Below are positions 37,914 through 50,267 of a DNA stretch of 64,000 nucleotides, piece after piece. Made by a program: the position numbers and the translations under genes. Source of the DNA: Haliotis rubra (lineage: Eukaryota); contig NW_025766336.1 in assembly GCF_003918875.1 (NCBI RefSeq), forward strand, positions 2,604,001 through 2,668,000, written 5' to 3'. The notes below the pieces were generated by a model. The model was not told the origin of the DNA. It was given only the letters and a program-made list of their open reading frames with translations, and did no database searches. The first letter of the stretch is position 1, and every line of letters starts with the position of its first letter.

Positions 37914-39506
37914 TTTATGTCTCCTCAAACAAACAAAAGTAATCAATAATACTTCAGGGGACGAACCAGGTGTGTCGTAAATCATTCCCGTTAACACACT
38001 ATTGTCTCATCATGTCCGTAGCCCTCGCTTTTTAACCCAGTCATTCCCCACACTACATTTATCTATCTGCATTCAATATGTCATTTATATTCATTCCGCA
38101 CACTTGATCACATACATTTTTCATTGAAATGAACCGCACTATTTGCGGGCATACTGAGCGAATCAGGAAATAAGCTGGTCTCCCTACAAACTCCGTTTGC
38201 TTTTACACCTCATTCTAAACCCAAGAGCACTTAGCGTTCAACCAGTTAATCTGATCATATGTTTTAAAAGATTTTAAAATGAAAATCCTGTACCACAAGC
38301 AAATCCAAGCAAGCGGTGAATACGATGATGTTTGTTGTATTGTGACCAAGTGTTCCTGCTTGTTAGGCCGTTCGGAGATTCTCGGGATACCCACATAGAC
38401 AGACTGGTTAAGTAAACAGACAAACATACACACCGCAATCATCAGATGGCTCTCACGTTTTGGGGGGACATGTAAACAGGCACATGGAGGTTATGCTTTC
38501 AAAGAGGAAGAGTTGTGGTCAACGTCCAATGCGTTACGTAACTGTGACCTCGACGGACGAGGTGCACAGGGTCAGTTTTTCACGGGATTGCCTCGTCTTA
38601 CAACAGAGGTGCTTCAGGGTGTGAATCACGTGTTGGATGTAAAGAGTTCACACACGCACGCACGCACGCACGCAATCACAGACACCACACATGCACACAC
38701 GATGAGAGATTCATTTGGAGCTGTGTAAGACAACCCATTATTTCGGTATGCGTGCGTCGGGATTGTTCTTGGAATTGGGTAGCTCTTCATCATACCAGCT
38801 TCTAAATGCTACTGATGTGACGTCACTCCATTGTTTTGCACTATACCAAAACCAGCAAGTAAGAACTGGGCGAGACCATTATACTCCACTGCCTAGTGTA
38901 AAGCGATATTTCTATTTATGGCGAGTGCTTTCTACCGCAGATAGAACGGACAGAAAGAACAGTTGTTTAATGTTACTAAATACATCTACGGCAGATAGAC
39001 CTTAAAACCGAATTATCACTTTACTTAAAGAAGTGACATTTGTTTGCTCAGCCAATGCATCAAAACCCCGACAATTTAAATCAGAATCAGGATTTACAGC
39101 CGCTATCTATTTGTCAGGTAAAACCAGAAGATGTTTGCCTTCATATCTGGAGCAAGTTACTTTCTTTTTTCAAAAATATAAAATTATTAAAAACAAACAA
39201 GCAAAAATTATACATACAAATAAACAAACAACAAATGACCGTTCCCAAAAGTGGTGATGCATTAGTCAGGGTGGAAAGCATTCGTTGATTTAAGGTGTGG
39301 CAATCAATGAATATATAAATTTAAGAACGGTCGTACGTAAGTGTTAGTAAAGTAACCATGGTAACCCTACAGGTGACATATTGATAAGACACCTTTTTAT
39401 AGGCTTAACTTTACAAGCCGTCAGTGTTTCATGGACCTCATGTGTTCCCGTGACAATGTGTGTGACGGTGTTGACATCCATATATTTAGATCTGAACGAG
39501 CAACAC

Positions 39507-39702
39507 TAGACTAACAACTAGTCTCTGAAATTAACATATTTTACTGACAAATGGTCATAGTAAAGAAAAATATAATATAATGAAAAGGAGCCCTGAGACT
39601 GTCTTCATTTTCAGAAGCTGAGGAAATCTAGACTTGCCACATTTTCTAGACTTGCGTGGGCTTTCTTGGATATATTTGCTTCAGGGTCTGTACGACATAC
39701 TA
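39507..39702. mobile_element. Non-autonomous Academ(H)-like element
   Basis: TAG...CTA termini with perfect 9-bp TSD gagcaacac (39498-39506 / 39703-39711). Confidence 0.8.
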
Positions 39703-39885
39703 GAGCAACACAGACGCGCCTATTCCTGCATTTGAAAACGGAACAACGAAGTCTGCTGCAGTTAAGTGGCATAAAACTCCCTACAGTGCCCACATGTGGA
39801 ACATCAGTAACAACAACAACAACCACAACAACAGCAAGAGCAATAAAAACACAATTAACCCAAGTAGAAACCCACATGAAAGTAG

Positions 39886-40069
39886 GACCAGACAGTCCAG
39901 TGATCAACAGCATGAGCATCGATCTGCGCAATTGGGAACCGATGACATGTGTCAACCAAGTTAGCGAGCCTGACCACCCGATCCCGTTAGTCGCCTCTTA
40001 CGACAAGCATAGTCGCCTTTTGTGGCAAGCATGGGTTGCTGAAGACCTATTCTACCCCGGATCTTCACG
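39886..40069 (-). mobile_element. SINE family B, subfamily with duplicated Meta hairpin
   Basis: Contains gttagtcgcctcttacgacaagcatagtcgccttttgtggcaagcatggg; same variant at 51762-51988 and 56256-56503. Confidence 0.88.
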
Positions 40070-40102
40070 TTTCCAAAACAGCGTTAGAAACACATTTAGG
40101 TA

Positions 40103-41630
40103 TACTGAGTCAAAAAGACTTCACATTCTTTCTTCAGGGCACTATAAAAGAACAAGAGATGGTAAGATGGTTAAATTGTTATTATTTCATTGCTGAGATC
40201 TGTGTGATGTACTCGATACACTGACAGTGCCATAATCAGTTCCATTAGGCTACACCGCCGTTCCAAAACATCGGTATACAGAATGTCAAGTCACAAGAAT
40301 CAAAATGCGAAATGTCTCAGTTCAATATCGTGTATGGCCGCCCCGCGCATTCACCACTGCCAAACACCGTCTCCTCATCGACTGCCTGATGCTTGTGAAC
40401 ACGTGGTTGGGGATTCTGCGCCATTGCTCTTGCAAGGCAGCGCCAAGTTCCTGCAAATTCTGAGGTTGGTTCCTAAGACCACGAAGCCTCCTCCCAAGTG
40501 CATCCCAAACGTGCTCTATTGGATTAAGGTCAGGGGACCTCGATGGCCAGTCCATGACGTTGATTCCAGCGTTTTGAAGGAAATTTCGTGTCAACATCGC
40601 GGTATGCGGCCGAGCATTATCATGCTGGAACTGTAGACCTGGGCCATGAGCCGCCATGAAAGGAAGGAGTTCAGGGGTGAGCACCTGGTCGCGGTAAGCA
40701 GCAGCTGTGAGGTCTCCACGGATGACCAGAAGTCGGGAACGGTTGTTCCCACAGAAAGCACCACACACCATGCAACTTCCGCCCCCGAATCTGTCGACTT
40801 CCTGTACACAACATTGGGCATACCGTTCACGACGTCATCTCCAGACTCTATGCCTGCCGTCCGCGAATCTGAGGGTAAACCTGGATTCATCGCTAAAGAC
40901 GACTCGATTCCAGTCTCTCTGGGTCCATCGGAGGTGACGTTGGGCCCACAGCAGACGTTGACGTTGATGAAACGGCGTCAATATTGGCCCACGATATGGA
41001 CGTCGAGAATGGAGATTGGCAGCCCGCAACCGATTTCGAATGGTCTGTGAGGACAGTCGACCTCTAAACATCTCAGCCCTGGTTCGTGTAGCCGGCAGAA
41101 ATCTGTCACGTAGGTGACGTAGGACGATTTGACGGTCTTCTGCTCGTGACGTCACACGTGGACGACCCGACCTTGGGCGATCAGAAGTGGTGCCAGTTTG
41201 TTGTAGACGACCTCGCAAGTCATACACAGTACGACGGCTGCATCCCATTGCTCTTGCGACGTCAATAACTGATCTTCCCGCTTGCAACATGCCAACGGCA
41301 CGTTCACGTTGCACATTTGACAATCGTGGCATTTCAAGTACCGTTAGAACTGTGGTTTAAAAGTGTTTTTTAAATCCTTGAGGCCAATGCAAACACGTGC
41401 ATATGAAGAAAACTTCGATGCGAAGATCACGTGATCGACTGCACGTGCAAAACCTGATTTGGCACTAACGTCATTTGTACGACGAATGGATGGGTTTGAG
41501 TGGGTTTTGCTAACGTTTTTCTAGAGTCGAAAGATAGGGATCCCATTTCGGATACATAGATGTATCATCAGAGAAAAATTATTCATTATTTTTCAAATTA
41601 CATTTTGTGAAGTTTCTTTTTTGACTCAGT
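40103..41630 (-). mobile_element. Tc1/mariner (DD34E) transposon, nearly full length
   Basis: TIRs tactgagtcaaaaagacttcaca (40103-40125) and tgtgaagtttcttttttgactcagt (41606-41630), TA flanks, internal transposase. Confidence 0.95.
40322..41332 (-). pseudogene. Tc1 transposase, 336 codons, with one in-frame TGA at 40835-40837
   Basis: The two track ORFs are one frame (..HRVWR*RRERYAQCCVQEVDRFGGGSCMV..). HTH N-terminus, GRPR linker, FSDESRF / FQHDNARPH / SPDLNPIE with 34 residues between the second D and the E. Confidence 0.93.
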
Positions 41631-42164
41631 TATAATAAATTCGGCAAAAGAAGTACATTATCTTCTTGAGTATGTCCTGGGATTTCTAAGTCCCTGGTTG
41701 GGGATTGGATGTGACTAGTGTATGTTATATCAGGACAGATTTGGTGTTAGAATAAGTGTCACATGAATGTGCTGATGATGATTCAGAGCAGATGAGGTGT
41801 GGCTGTTGCCATTGAAACAGGCGTCAATGAACATACGTGCATTAGATATTGGTATTGGTGTCAAATATTCTTGCACGATAGCTGTAAGTTAACGTACATT
41901 TATTTACCCATTGAAACTGGGAGATCAGTTCTTACCTGATTTGCATCTCATAGAGTCTTAACAGCCATTTACGAGGCTCGTGTTATCAATCACTGGATTT
42001 TCTGATCCGGATTATTGCTGGAATATTGGTTATTTATTCTCGGCCAACAAGCATTTGGACAATGTACGCTGTGTATTTTTCTTTAATTTTGATATCCTCT
42101 CCAAGGATGCAATTACCATTAAGTTCAAAGTTAGCAATAGTCAATGAAAAACAAGAAAATCTTT

Positions 42165-42391
42165 TTCGTTTGTTGTTTAACGCCACCCACAGCTATATGG
42201 CGGCGGTCTGTACATATTCGAGTCTGGACTAGACAATCCAGTGACCAGCAACATGAGTATCGATCTACGCTGCTGGGATACAATTACATGTGTCAACCAA
42301 GTCAGCAAGCTTGACTACCTTATCCAGTTACTCGCCTCTTACGACAAGCAAGGGTTGTTGAATACCAATTCTAACCCGGATCTTGGCGGGT

Positions 42392-42437
<46 letters not shown>

Positions 42438-42676
42438 GAAGGCCCGGGTTAGAAGTGATCTTCGGTAACCCATGCTTGTCGTAAGAGGTGACTAATGGGA
42501 TCGGGTGGTCAGACTCGCTGACTTGGTTGACACATGTCATCGGTTCCCAATTGCGCAGATCGATGCTCATGCTGTTGATTACTGGATTGTCTGGTCCTGA
42601 CCCAATTATTTACAGACCACCACCATATAGCTGGAATATTGCTGAGTGCGGCGTAAAACTAAACTCACTCACTCAC
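42165..42676. mobile_element. Head-to-head pair of family B SINEs (42165-42385 -; 42436-42676 +) around (TAC)n
   Basis: Both match the family; (tac)n at 42392-42437 and again after the second copy. Confidence 0.88.
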
Positions 42677-43542
42677 TTACTACTACTACTACTGATGGAT
42701 GATGAAATAATAACTCGTGTCACACGTAATATCGTTCGTCTACGTTCATTGAAAACCTAACGTTTTATAGGCCACGTGTTTAACACAGAGACATTGATAA
42801 ACACCACATTCAGACACACATAAAACGCCACACAAGTGTTCAATAACGATAAAGCTTTAGCGATGCACTGTCATATCATATATAAGGAACAATGTGCACA
42901 ACAAAGTCCACTTTTTAGTATATTCAAACAAACCACAACCAGATTCGAGTCACTGTTGATTGTCAATGTCATGTGTTCAATACTTTCTATCTCGCAAGTT
43001 TGTTTAAAGTTTTAACATCAAATTACTTCAAACATATCACTGCCTTAGCAGACCGGCGTTTTGTTTTGAAGTGGCGCTGCACGTGGAAACGAACAAACTG
43101 AACGTGCGACCCGTGATTACAAGCTCTTTATTGAAATCTCATATTATATTATCGTGTGTCCGGAACATAAGACTGGAAGCTTCAGCTTCCTCCCAGCACG
43201 GGAGCAGGTGCTTGCCAGAACTAGGAGTGACATTGACAATGTTCCAAACGTGGTTCCTGCCGAGACAAGGCTAGGAGGCTCGGTACAACTGGTGCGTTTG
43301 GGAGAATTCTAGTTTTTGCGTTTTCGATCAACTACGGTTTGACGGAAATTCAACCTGGTATTTTTAATACATCAGACATTATGAATATCTAAATGTGTTT
43401 TCTGTAATTAAATTGTTATAAAAGTTCAGTCTTATAATTTCGGCATCAAACTGTTCATCCAAATGCACCCCGAATACTTTTTTCAAATTAATGGACACGC
43501 GGGAAGTGTTCATTTCTTGTTACCGTGCCTAGCAATATTGAA

Positions 43543-43697
43543 TGAGTGAGTATGGTTTTACGCCGCTTTTAGCAATATTCCAGCAATATCACAGCGTGGG
43601 ACACCAGAAATGGGATTCACACACTGTACCCTTTTGGGAAACTGGGTCTTCAGCGTGACGAGCGAACGCTTCAACCATTAGGCTACCCCACCGCCCC
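43543..43697 (-). mobile_element. SINE family A
   Basis: TSD tagcaatattgaa. Confidence 0.88.
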
Positions 43698-43863
43698 TAG
43701 CAATATTGAAACAGTATGCCGGCCGTCTGTAAAGCATGGGCGGTTATGAGCGCGGTAACGGCGATATGTCTTTCGGCGAACTGTTGCTTGAACCACACGG
43801 AACTTTTATGAATGTTTTGCGAATATATGTTCTGCATATCTGCATACATTGATTTTTCTGACA

Positions 43864-44280
43864 TTTTTTTTATTTATTTTTTTATTTTCATATTTTTTAT
43901 GTTTACAAATTTACAGTTCGGTTAACATTTACAACAGCATATACACACACAATTTGACATATATGAGGTGCATAGAATACAGTGACCTTTACAATGTACA
44001 GTCAATGAGGTAAATTTACATAAATCAACTTTTCAATATACATGTAGTATGTAATCAGTACTACGAGTGCATTTATGAGCTATCATATTAAATACTCTCC
44101 ATTCCTTTTCTGAAAATTCGCAATCTAAGATTCTTGCCCATTTATTATGACATCGTAATTGTACATATTTAGAATCCAATAATGTCGTATATATATTTGC
44201 TTCCTGATAGTGCAGTAATGTGAAATAAGTTAAAAGGATAGATTGGATTTGGACCAACACTTTGTATTCTCTTTATATCC
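43864..44280 (-). mobile_element. Possible 3' relic of an L1/Tx1-type LINE
   Basis: KWARILDCEFSEKEW..HKCTRST resembles the post-RT region of L1/Tx1 ORF2; A-rich tail on the minus strand at ~43864-43900. Confidence 0.45.
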
Positions 44281-45195
44281 AACTTAAAAATATACAACAA
44301 AACATCCCGTTTTATACCTTCATAAGTTCTTCTGACATCTTGTTCATGCCAAATCGTGCTACTTGCTATGCTCTCTCTATGTCGTTACGTTAAAATCAGT
44401 GCCAGGTCGAGGTATTCTTGAATTAGCATATCTCCCAGTACAGGTAAAATGAATCCAGATTCGTGTTTGTTTCTGTGGGTTTTTTTATGACCGGAAACAT
44501 AGTACACACTACCAAACACAGCGGACGAAGTCTACTTGAAATCTTTCGGTACCCTACTGTGTATTCGTACCGGATTTGGCATAGGCAGCAGTGGGAATTG
44601 TGGGTAATAATGGCGTCCCTAAATAACGAGTACTACACAGAACCGCAGAGCTTATCAAGATCCTCCCGGTCTAAAGATGTGTTGGCCGACAGCTCAACGG
44701 GATGCCTTGATCACAGCAGAAGGGTTCTACTTAATCCCCTGTCGTAACACGCAGCTAAACATAGATAGCTGAAACTCCAACAGTCGACCGTCCAGTCAAG
44801 GGCCTCGCGGAAACCCGGGAAGTCAAAAGGAGGTAAATCGTTGAGGATCCGGAATTAAATTCCGTGTGTATACTCGGTCCGAGTACACTTGAACACACAT
44901 CACTTACATCTAATTCTGCGCTGAAAATAAGAGCAGGTGCTTTGCTCAAACAGTGGAGATCACGGAAGACTTTGTTGACAGATATATGTATAAGATGGCC
45001 CTGGGTTGTTTTGGTGGTGTTTCTGAAGCCCCTGATCCATCTGGATATTAACAGGGAACAACGGAAACGATACCTCTCAGTTCTCAGTCTAAAGTTAGCG
45101 ATATTAAATAGAAAATGAACTCCCCCAAATAATATTTGTACATGGATGTATTGTTTGAAATTCAGTCAAATTCACAACCTTTATATCCTGTCTCA

Positions 45196-45363
45196 TATAC
45201 CCTCATAGAAACGAATAAGGGAACACATGAAACTCCAAGTGTCCCTTTATATCTTTTCCAGGTTTCTTCACAAGGTATGTATCGCACTGTGAGTGAAATT
45301 CTGGAAAAAAATAAAGGAACACTTGTTCTTTCATGTGTTCCCTTATTCGTTTCCATGAGTATA
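45196..45363. mobile_element. Foldback MITE with TA flanks
   Basis: ctcatagaaacgaataagggaacacatgaaa / tttcatgtgttcccttattcgtttccatgag; related sequence at 57146-57310. Confidence 0.75.
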
Positions 45364-46559
45364 TTACTTTTTACAGTCATATGTTTGCAAGAACGAGTGA
45401 TCGTTAAGTAGACACAATCAAATAACAGTTCTTTTAATTTCCAACTGCATAAAAATACCAAACGACATATTTTGTTCCCCCGTCAGATAATAAAACATTA
45501 AATTATAATGATTGTGAACATGCTGTTAAATCCATTTAGGGGGAATACGAAGTACATATATAGTTCATTGGAAGCTTCGAAACCTCATTTTGAACACGCT
45601 TTGAATCACAACGCTAATTTAACAACCGTCAAATACCTACCATTAGAAAACTTGTGTACTTACTTGGGAGTTAAACTAACGAAGCTGTTAGGGTTCGGGG
45701 TATTTAGCGTAATACAACAAACCCTGCATACTCGAGGATGATGCCCAGAAATTTACTTTGACTAACACTCACAATCTTGATCCTATAAGCTTATGAAAAA
45801 TATACATTCATTTGAAAGGACATGTTCGTTTTGTACATGCAATACTTGCTGACTGGTATCATTATATCTTCATTTGTGAAACATGTGTAACCTATCGCTC
45901 GCAATATATCCATCCTCTGGCGCGGATGACACCCGTGAATATCCGGGTTAGAATTGATATTCAGTAAACCATGCTCGTCGTAAGAGGTGGCCTTAACTCA
46001 CAATGAGTTTACCGGATCAGTTTAAAAACCGAAAACGAAATGAAATCACAATAGTATCTCGACGAGATGACCACGAAACAGTCCACCATATTCAAGGATA
46101 TAAATCATTTCACACAACCGGGAGATGTTTCCGCTGTTATCACAACATGAATGAAAACCTGGTAACTGTGATTCATTAAAACACAAAATGGCCAACGTGA
46201 ATTTATTCTGGGACATAACTGCCCAATTATGGCCCTTCTCCTCTCAGTCCTGACCAAACAAGTCTGAAGGCCTGGAAATAGAAGAAATCAATGAAAGATA
46301 CGTTTATTGCTCTGGAAAGTGTCTCTCTCTGAGACAGATTCCAGCAAACTCGATATTTGGAACCTTTCCCTGTCAAACTAAAAACCCTAGTTGACTTGAA
46401 TTTCAGGGTTGATACTCGTAGCAACAAGTGTTACTGTTTGGCTCGCCCTGTTGCTTAGTTCCATATCGTGTCTAAACGTGTTCATGGTGGTAGGCATGAC
46501 GGAGGTTCCTCTTCAGTTACTCCAATAACAGCGGCGTTAAACGAACGAACGAACGCACG

Positions 46560-46613
<54 letters not shown>

Positions 46614-46929
46614 CACACACATACTGTTGCAATCGTGCATTGAGAGTCGCCCTACACGCTGTGAGTGAATTATCAGAGGGTGTTAGCGCTGCTTTAAGCA
46701 ATTTGTCAGAACAGTATGTGTCGGGTTACTAGATACAGCAGGGAAATACAAAGTGCCATGGCAGGTTGACCGATATTGTTCAATCAGCCTGTAGGACAAC
46801 TACGAACATTTATTGTGATCAAGTCAAACTTAATAGACGCAAGCCAATTTTAATACGCTTATAAACAAACCCCATATATTTCAGAAAGAGATGTGTTTGC
46901 TTACATGTCCCCCTAAAACTGTTGGCAAA

Positions 46930-47881
46930 TTTTGAAAGCAATCTTATCAGATGTAGTATATTTGAAAGTGTTCTTGCCGAATGTAGTATATTTGAAAGCA
47001 GTCTTGCCGGATGTAGTATATTTGAAAGCAATCTTGCCGGATGTAGAATATTTGAAGGCAATCTTGCCGGATGTAGAATATTTGAAAGCAATCTTGCCGG
47101 ATGTAGTATATTTGAAAGCAATCTTGCCGGATGTAGAATATTTGAAGGCAATCTTGCCGGATGTAGAATATTTGAAAGCAATCTTGCCGGATGTAGTATA
47201 TTTGAAAGCAATCTTGCCGGATGTAAAATATTTAAAAGCAATCTTGACGGATGTAGTACATTTGAAAGCAATCTTGACGGATGTAGAATATTTAAAAGCA
47301 ATCTTGCCGGTTGTATTTTTGAAAACAATCTTGACGGATGTAGTACATTTGAAAGCAATCTTGACGGATGTAGAATATTTGAAAGCAATCTTGCCGGTTG
47401 TATATTTGAAAACAATATTGACGGATGTAGTATATTTGAAAGCAATCTTGACGGATGTAGAATATTTGAAAGCAATCTTGCCGGTTGTATTTTTGAAAAC
47501 AATCTTGACGGATGTAGTATATTTGAAAGCAATCTTGACGGATGTAGAATATTTAAAAGCAATCTTGCCGGTTGTATATTTGAAAACAATATTGACGGAT
47601 GTAGTATATTTGAAAGCAATCTTGACGGATGTAGAATATTTAAAAGCAATCTTGACGGATGTAGAATATTTGAAAGCAATCTTGCCGGTTGTATATTTGA
47701 AAACAATATTGACGGATGTAGTATATTTGAAAACAATCTTGACGGATGTAGAATATTTAAAAGCAATCTTGCCGGATGTAGAATATTTGAAAGCAATCTT
47801 GCCGGATGTATATTTGAAAACAATATTGACGGATGTAGTACATTTGAAAGCAATCTTGACGGATGTAGTATATTTGAAAAC
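46930..47881. repeat. 30/27-bp minisatellite, ~32 units
   Basis: Unit gatgtagtatatttgaaagcaatcttg(c/a)cg, with periodic 27-bp variants. Confidence 0.95.
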
Positions 47882-48922
47882 AGTGAGTGTAACATCCATC
47901 CCCCTTCCCCAACAGACAGGCAGGCAGACACGCACGCACGCACGCACGCACGCACACACACGCTTACGTCATAAAATGTAGACGCTTTCACATGCACATA
48001 TAGCATAGTACAAATGCTAGCATACCAGCTTCAATTCAATGGTGATTAATAGCTACTTGACCACTATGTAAGAGCCACTGACTTCGTTCGGCCTTGGTTA
48101 CAGTCAGTTACCCCTTTACGTCTATTGTAGAAAATACATACATGGTGTGATTTACATAGACAAGTCATTTCGTATAAATACATTCACGTATACTAATTGT
48201 GTGGGGAAAAATCTCGTTTTAGAATGTTATTGCAAATTTCACAAGGACACCATCGAGCGTCCGTCAAACGTAACCCGAGAATGCTGGTTGCAGTGACGTC
48301 GGTAATTCTGCTTTTAATATCCTACTTGTATATTGTGAAAGACATATGTCTCGATTTGTAACTAGAAGCCACTGTGGAGACAGAAATTGCACCGAAGAAA
48401 GACACAGCGACTATAGATACACACATGACATGGAAAAGAAGAAACATGTAAAACAAACGATTGACTAATATTAGAACCGTGATAGAACAACCTATTCAAA
48501 GACATTGATGAGTAAGTTAAATTACGTTCAGAGCATTAAACTTTGTCTAGGAGTCGTATGACTTTTCCTTTTTTGAAGGAAAAGTACAAAATATCAGTCT
48601 AAAAGGGGTGATTATATTCCATCATAATAATGATGAATGGTTTCTTGTTTTTCTACAGTTTTGAGAAGTATAGAACAGTAATACATAGAATATGAAATAC
48701 GAGTTAATAATTACGTTCGTGTGACAAAGACGTCATTGCAACTATTGTGTTATCATATATCAATTAATCAGTTATGTTTGCATTACGTAAACAGCGGTTT
48801 CCGGCGTGTGGACTAATTTTTTAATGCACCTGTGCTTCTTATGCAGTTTTAACGCTTATCGTGGAACATATGGATATTTGTTTCATCATACTCAAAATTA
48901 AATCGTTGATTCATTACGCCAA

Positions 48923-49165
48923 GGGGGCGGTGGGATAGCCTAGTGGTTAAAGCTTCCGCTCGTCACGCCGAAGACTTGGGTTCGATTCCCCACATGGCTA
49001 CAATGTGTGAGGCCCATTTCTGGTGTATCCGCCGCGATGTTGCTGGAATATTCCTAAAAGCGGTGTACTCATCACGCCGAAGACCCGGATGTGATACCCC
49101 TGCGTGAAGCTTTCGCTCGACATAATGGCTGGAATATGGCCACTAGCGGCGTACACTCACTCACA
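48923..49165 (+). mobile_element. SINE family A plus adjacent partial second copy
   Basis: Full copy to ~49070, then a decayed partial copy. Confidence 0.82.
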
Positions 49166-49381
49166 TGTGGGACGACAATGATAAGATAAGATAAGACAAG
49201 ATAATACTTTATTATCCCGAAGGAAATTTTGGTTACATCGTAAAACACATGAGACAGAACAAAACAAGGAAACGCAAGATATCACATTTCAGTGATGTGT
49301 TTGATAATTTTATTATTTACACGGTGTTTTGAAAGGGTGTACGGGACTGTAAGACCCTTGTTGCGCCTCACGAAATATATA

Positions 49382-50267
49382 TACTCCTCACAAAAACTCA
49401 AGCAACAAGTGTTTTCAGTGTAATATCTTTATCAATCTCGATAGCGATTTTTGCCGACATGTTACTGAAAGGTAAATATTCAAAGAATACATAACCTTTA
49501 GTGACTGTCAAATTGATTTATGTGATAACATTGACAACATCACCCGAACACAACCACCCTCAGAAACAACATGCAAAATCTGTGGCATGAATGTGCTCCA
49601 CTCTTCACACATACACCCTGATCGGTGTAAACTTACCTGTAATCATTCCTCTGGCACAACAAGCAGGTCCTAACTTCATTTCTATGGATGATAATGCCCG
49701 TCCATGGATGATAATGCCTGAGAAAGAGTTGTTAACGATGTTGTTTAGATCAACAACATCATACATATGGACTGGCCTGCAAGGTCACCTGATCTTAATC
49801 CCATTGAACATGCTTGGGACATGATTGGAAGTCCTGTTTACGGTCTCCATGTTCACCCCGAGACTCTGGATGACCTTGAGCAGGCGTTACAGAGAGAATG
49901 GCAGAACATTCCACAACAGCAACCTTAAAGGCTCATTTGGTCAATGCAAAGACGTGTAGAAGCTTGCATTTGTGTTCGTGGTGGTCATACGTGTTACTGA
50001 ACACTGCTTCGCTGTCCAAAACTGACTTGAACCTTAACGTTAACATTTTGCTCCATCAATGCAGCACATTTTGCACGACTGTTTCACGGGTACACGCTTT
50101 TGATGATTTGTAAGTCGATTATTGCTCAATACCATTTCATTTCATGTTGTTCATCGTGTGTACGTATGTTTCACCTTTCTATTGCATCATTCCATGATTT
50201 GCAATTTCAATAAATGAAAATGTATTGAGACTTAAAATGTGTGTTGCGTAACTTTTTGTGAGGAGTA
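49382..50267 (+). mobile_element. Internally deleted Tc1 element
   Basis: TIRs tactcctcacaaaaa.. / ..tttttgtgaggagta with TA on both sides. C-terminal transposase relic ~49675-50000 (MDDNARP..DWPARSPDLNPIEHAWD..RGGHTCY). Confidence 0.9.

Noticed and set aside
38500-38830. Exon-like stretch
   Set aside because: Stops in the frames examined and no recognisable domain.
39666-40196. Recurring peptides such as MSIDLRNWEPMTCVNQVSEPDHPIPLVASYDKH
   Set aside because: Translations of SINE B, not a gene family.
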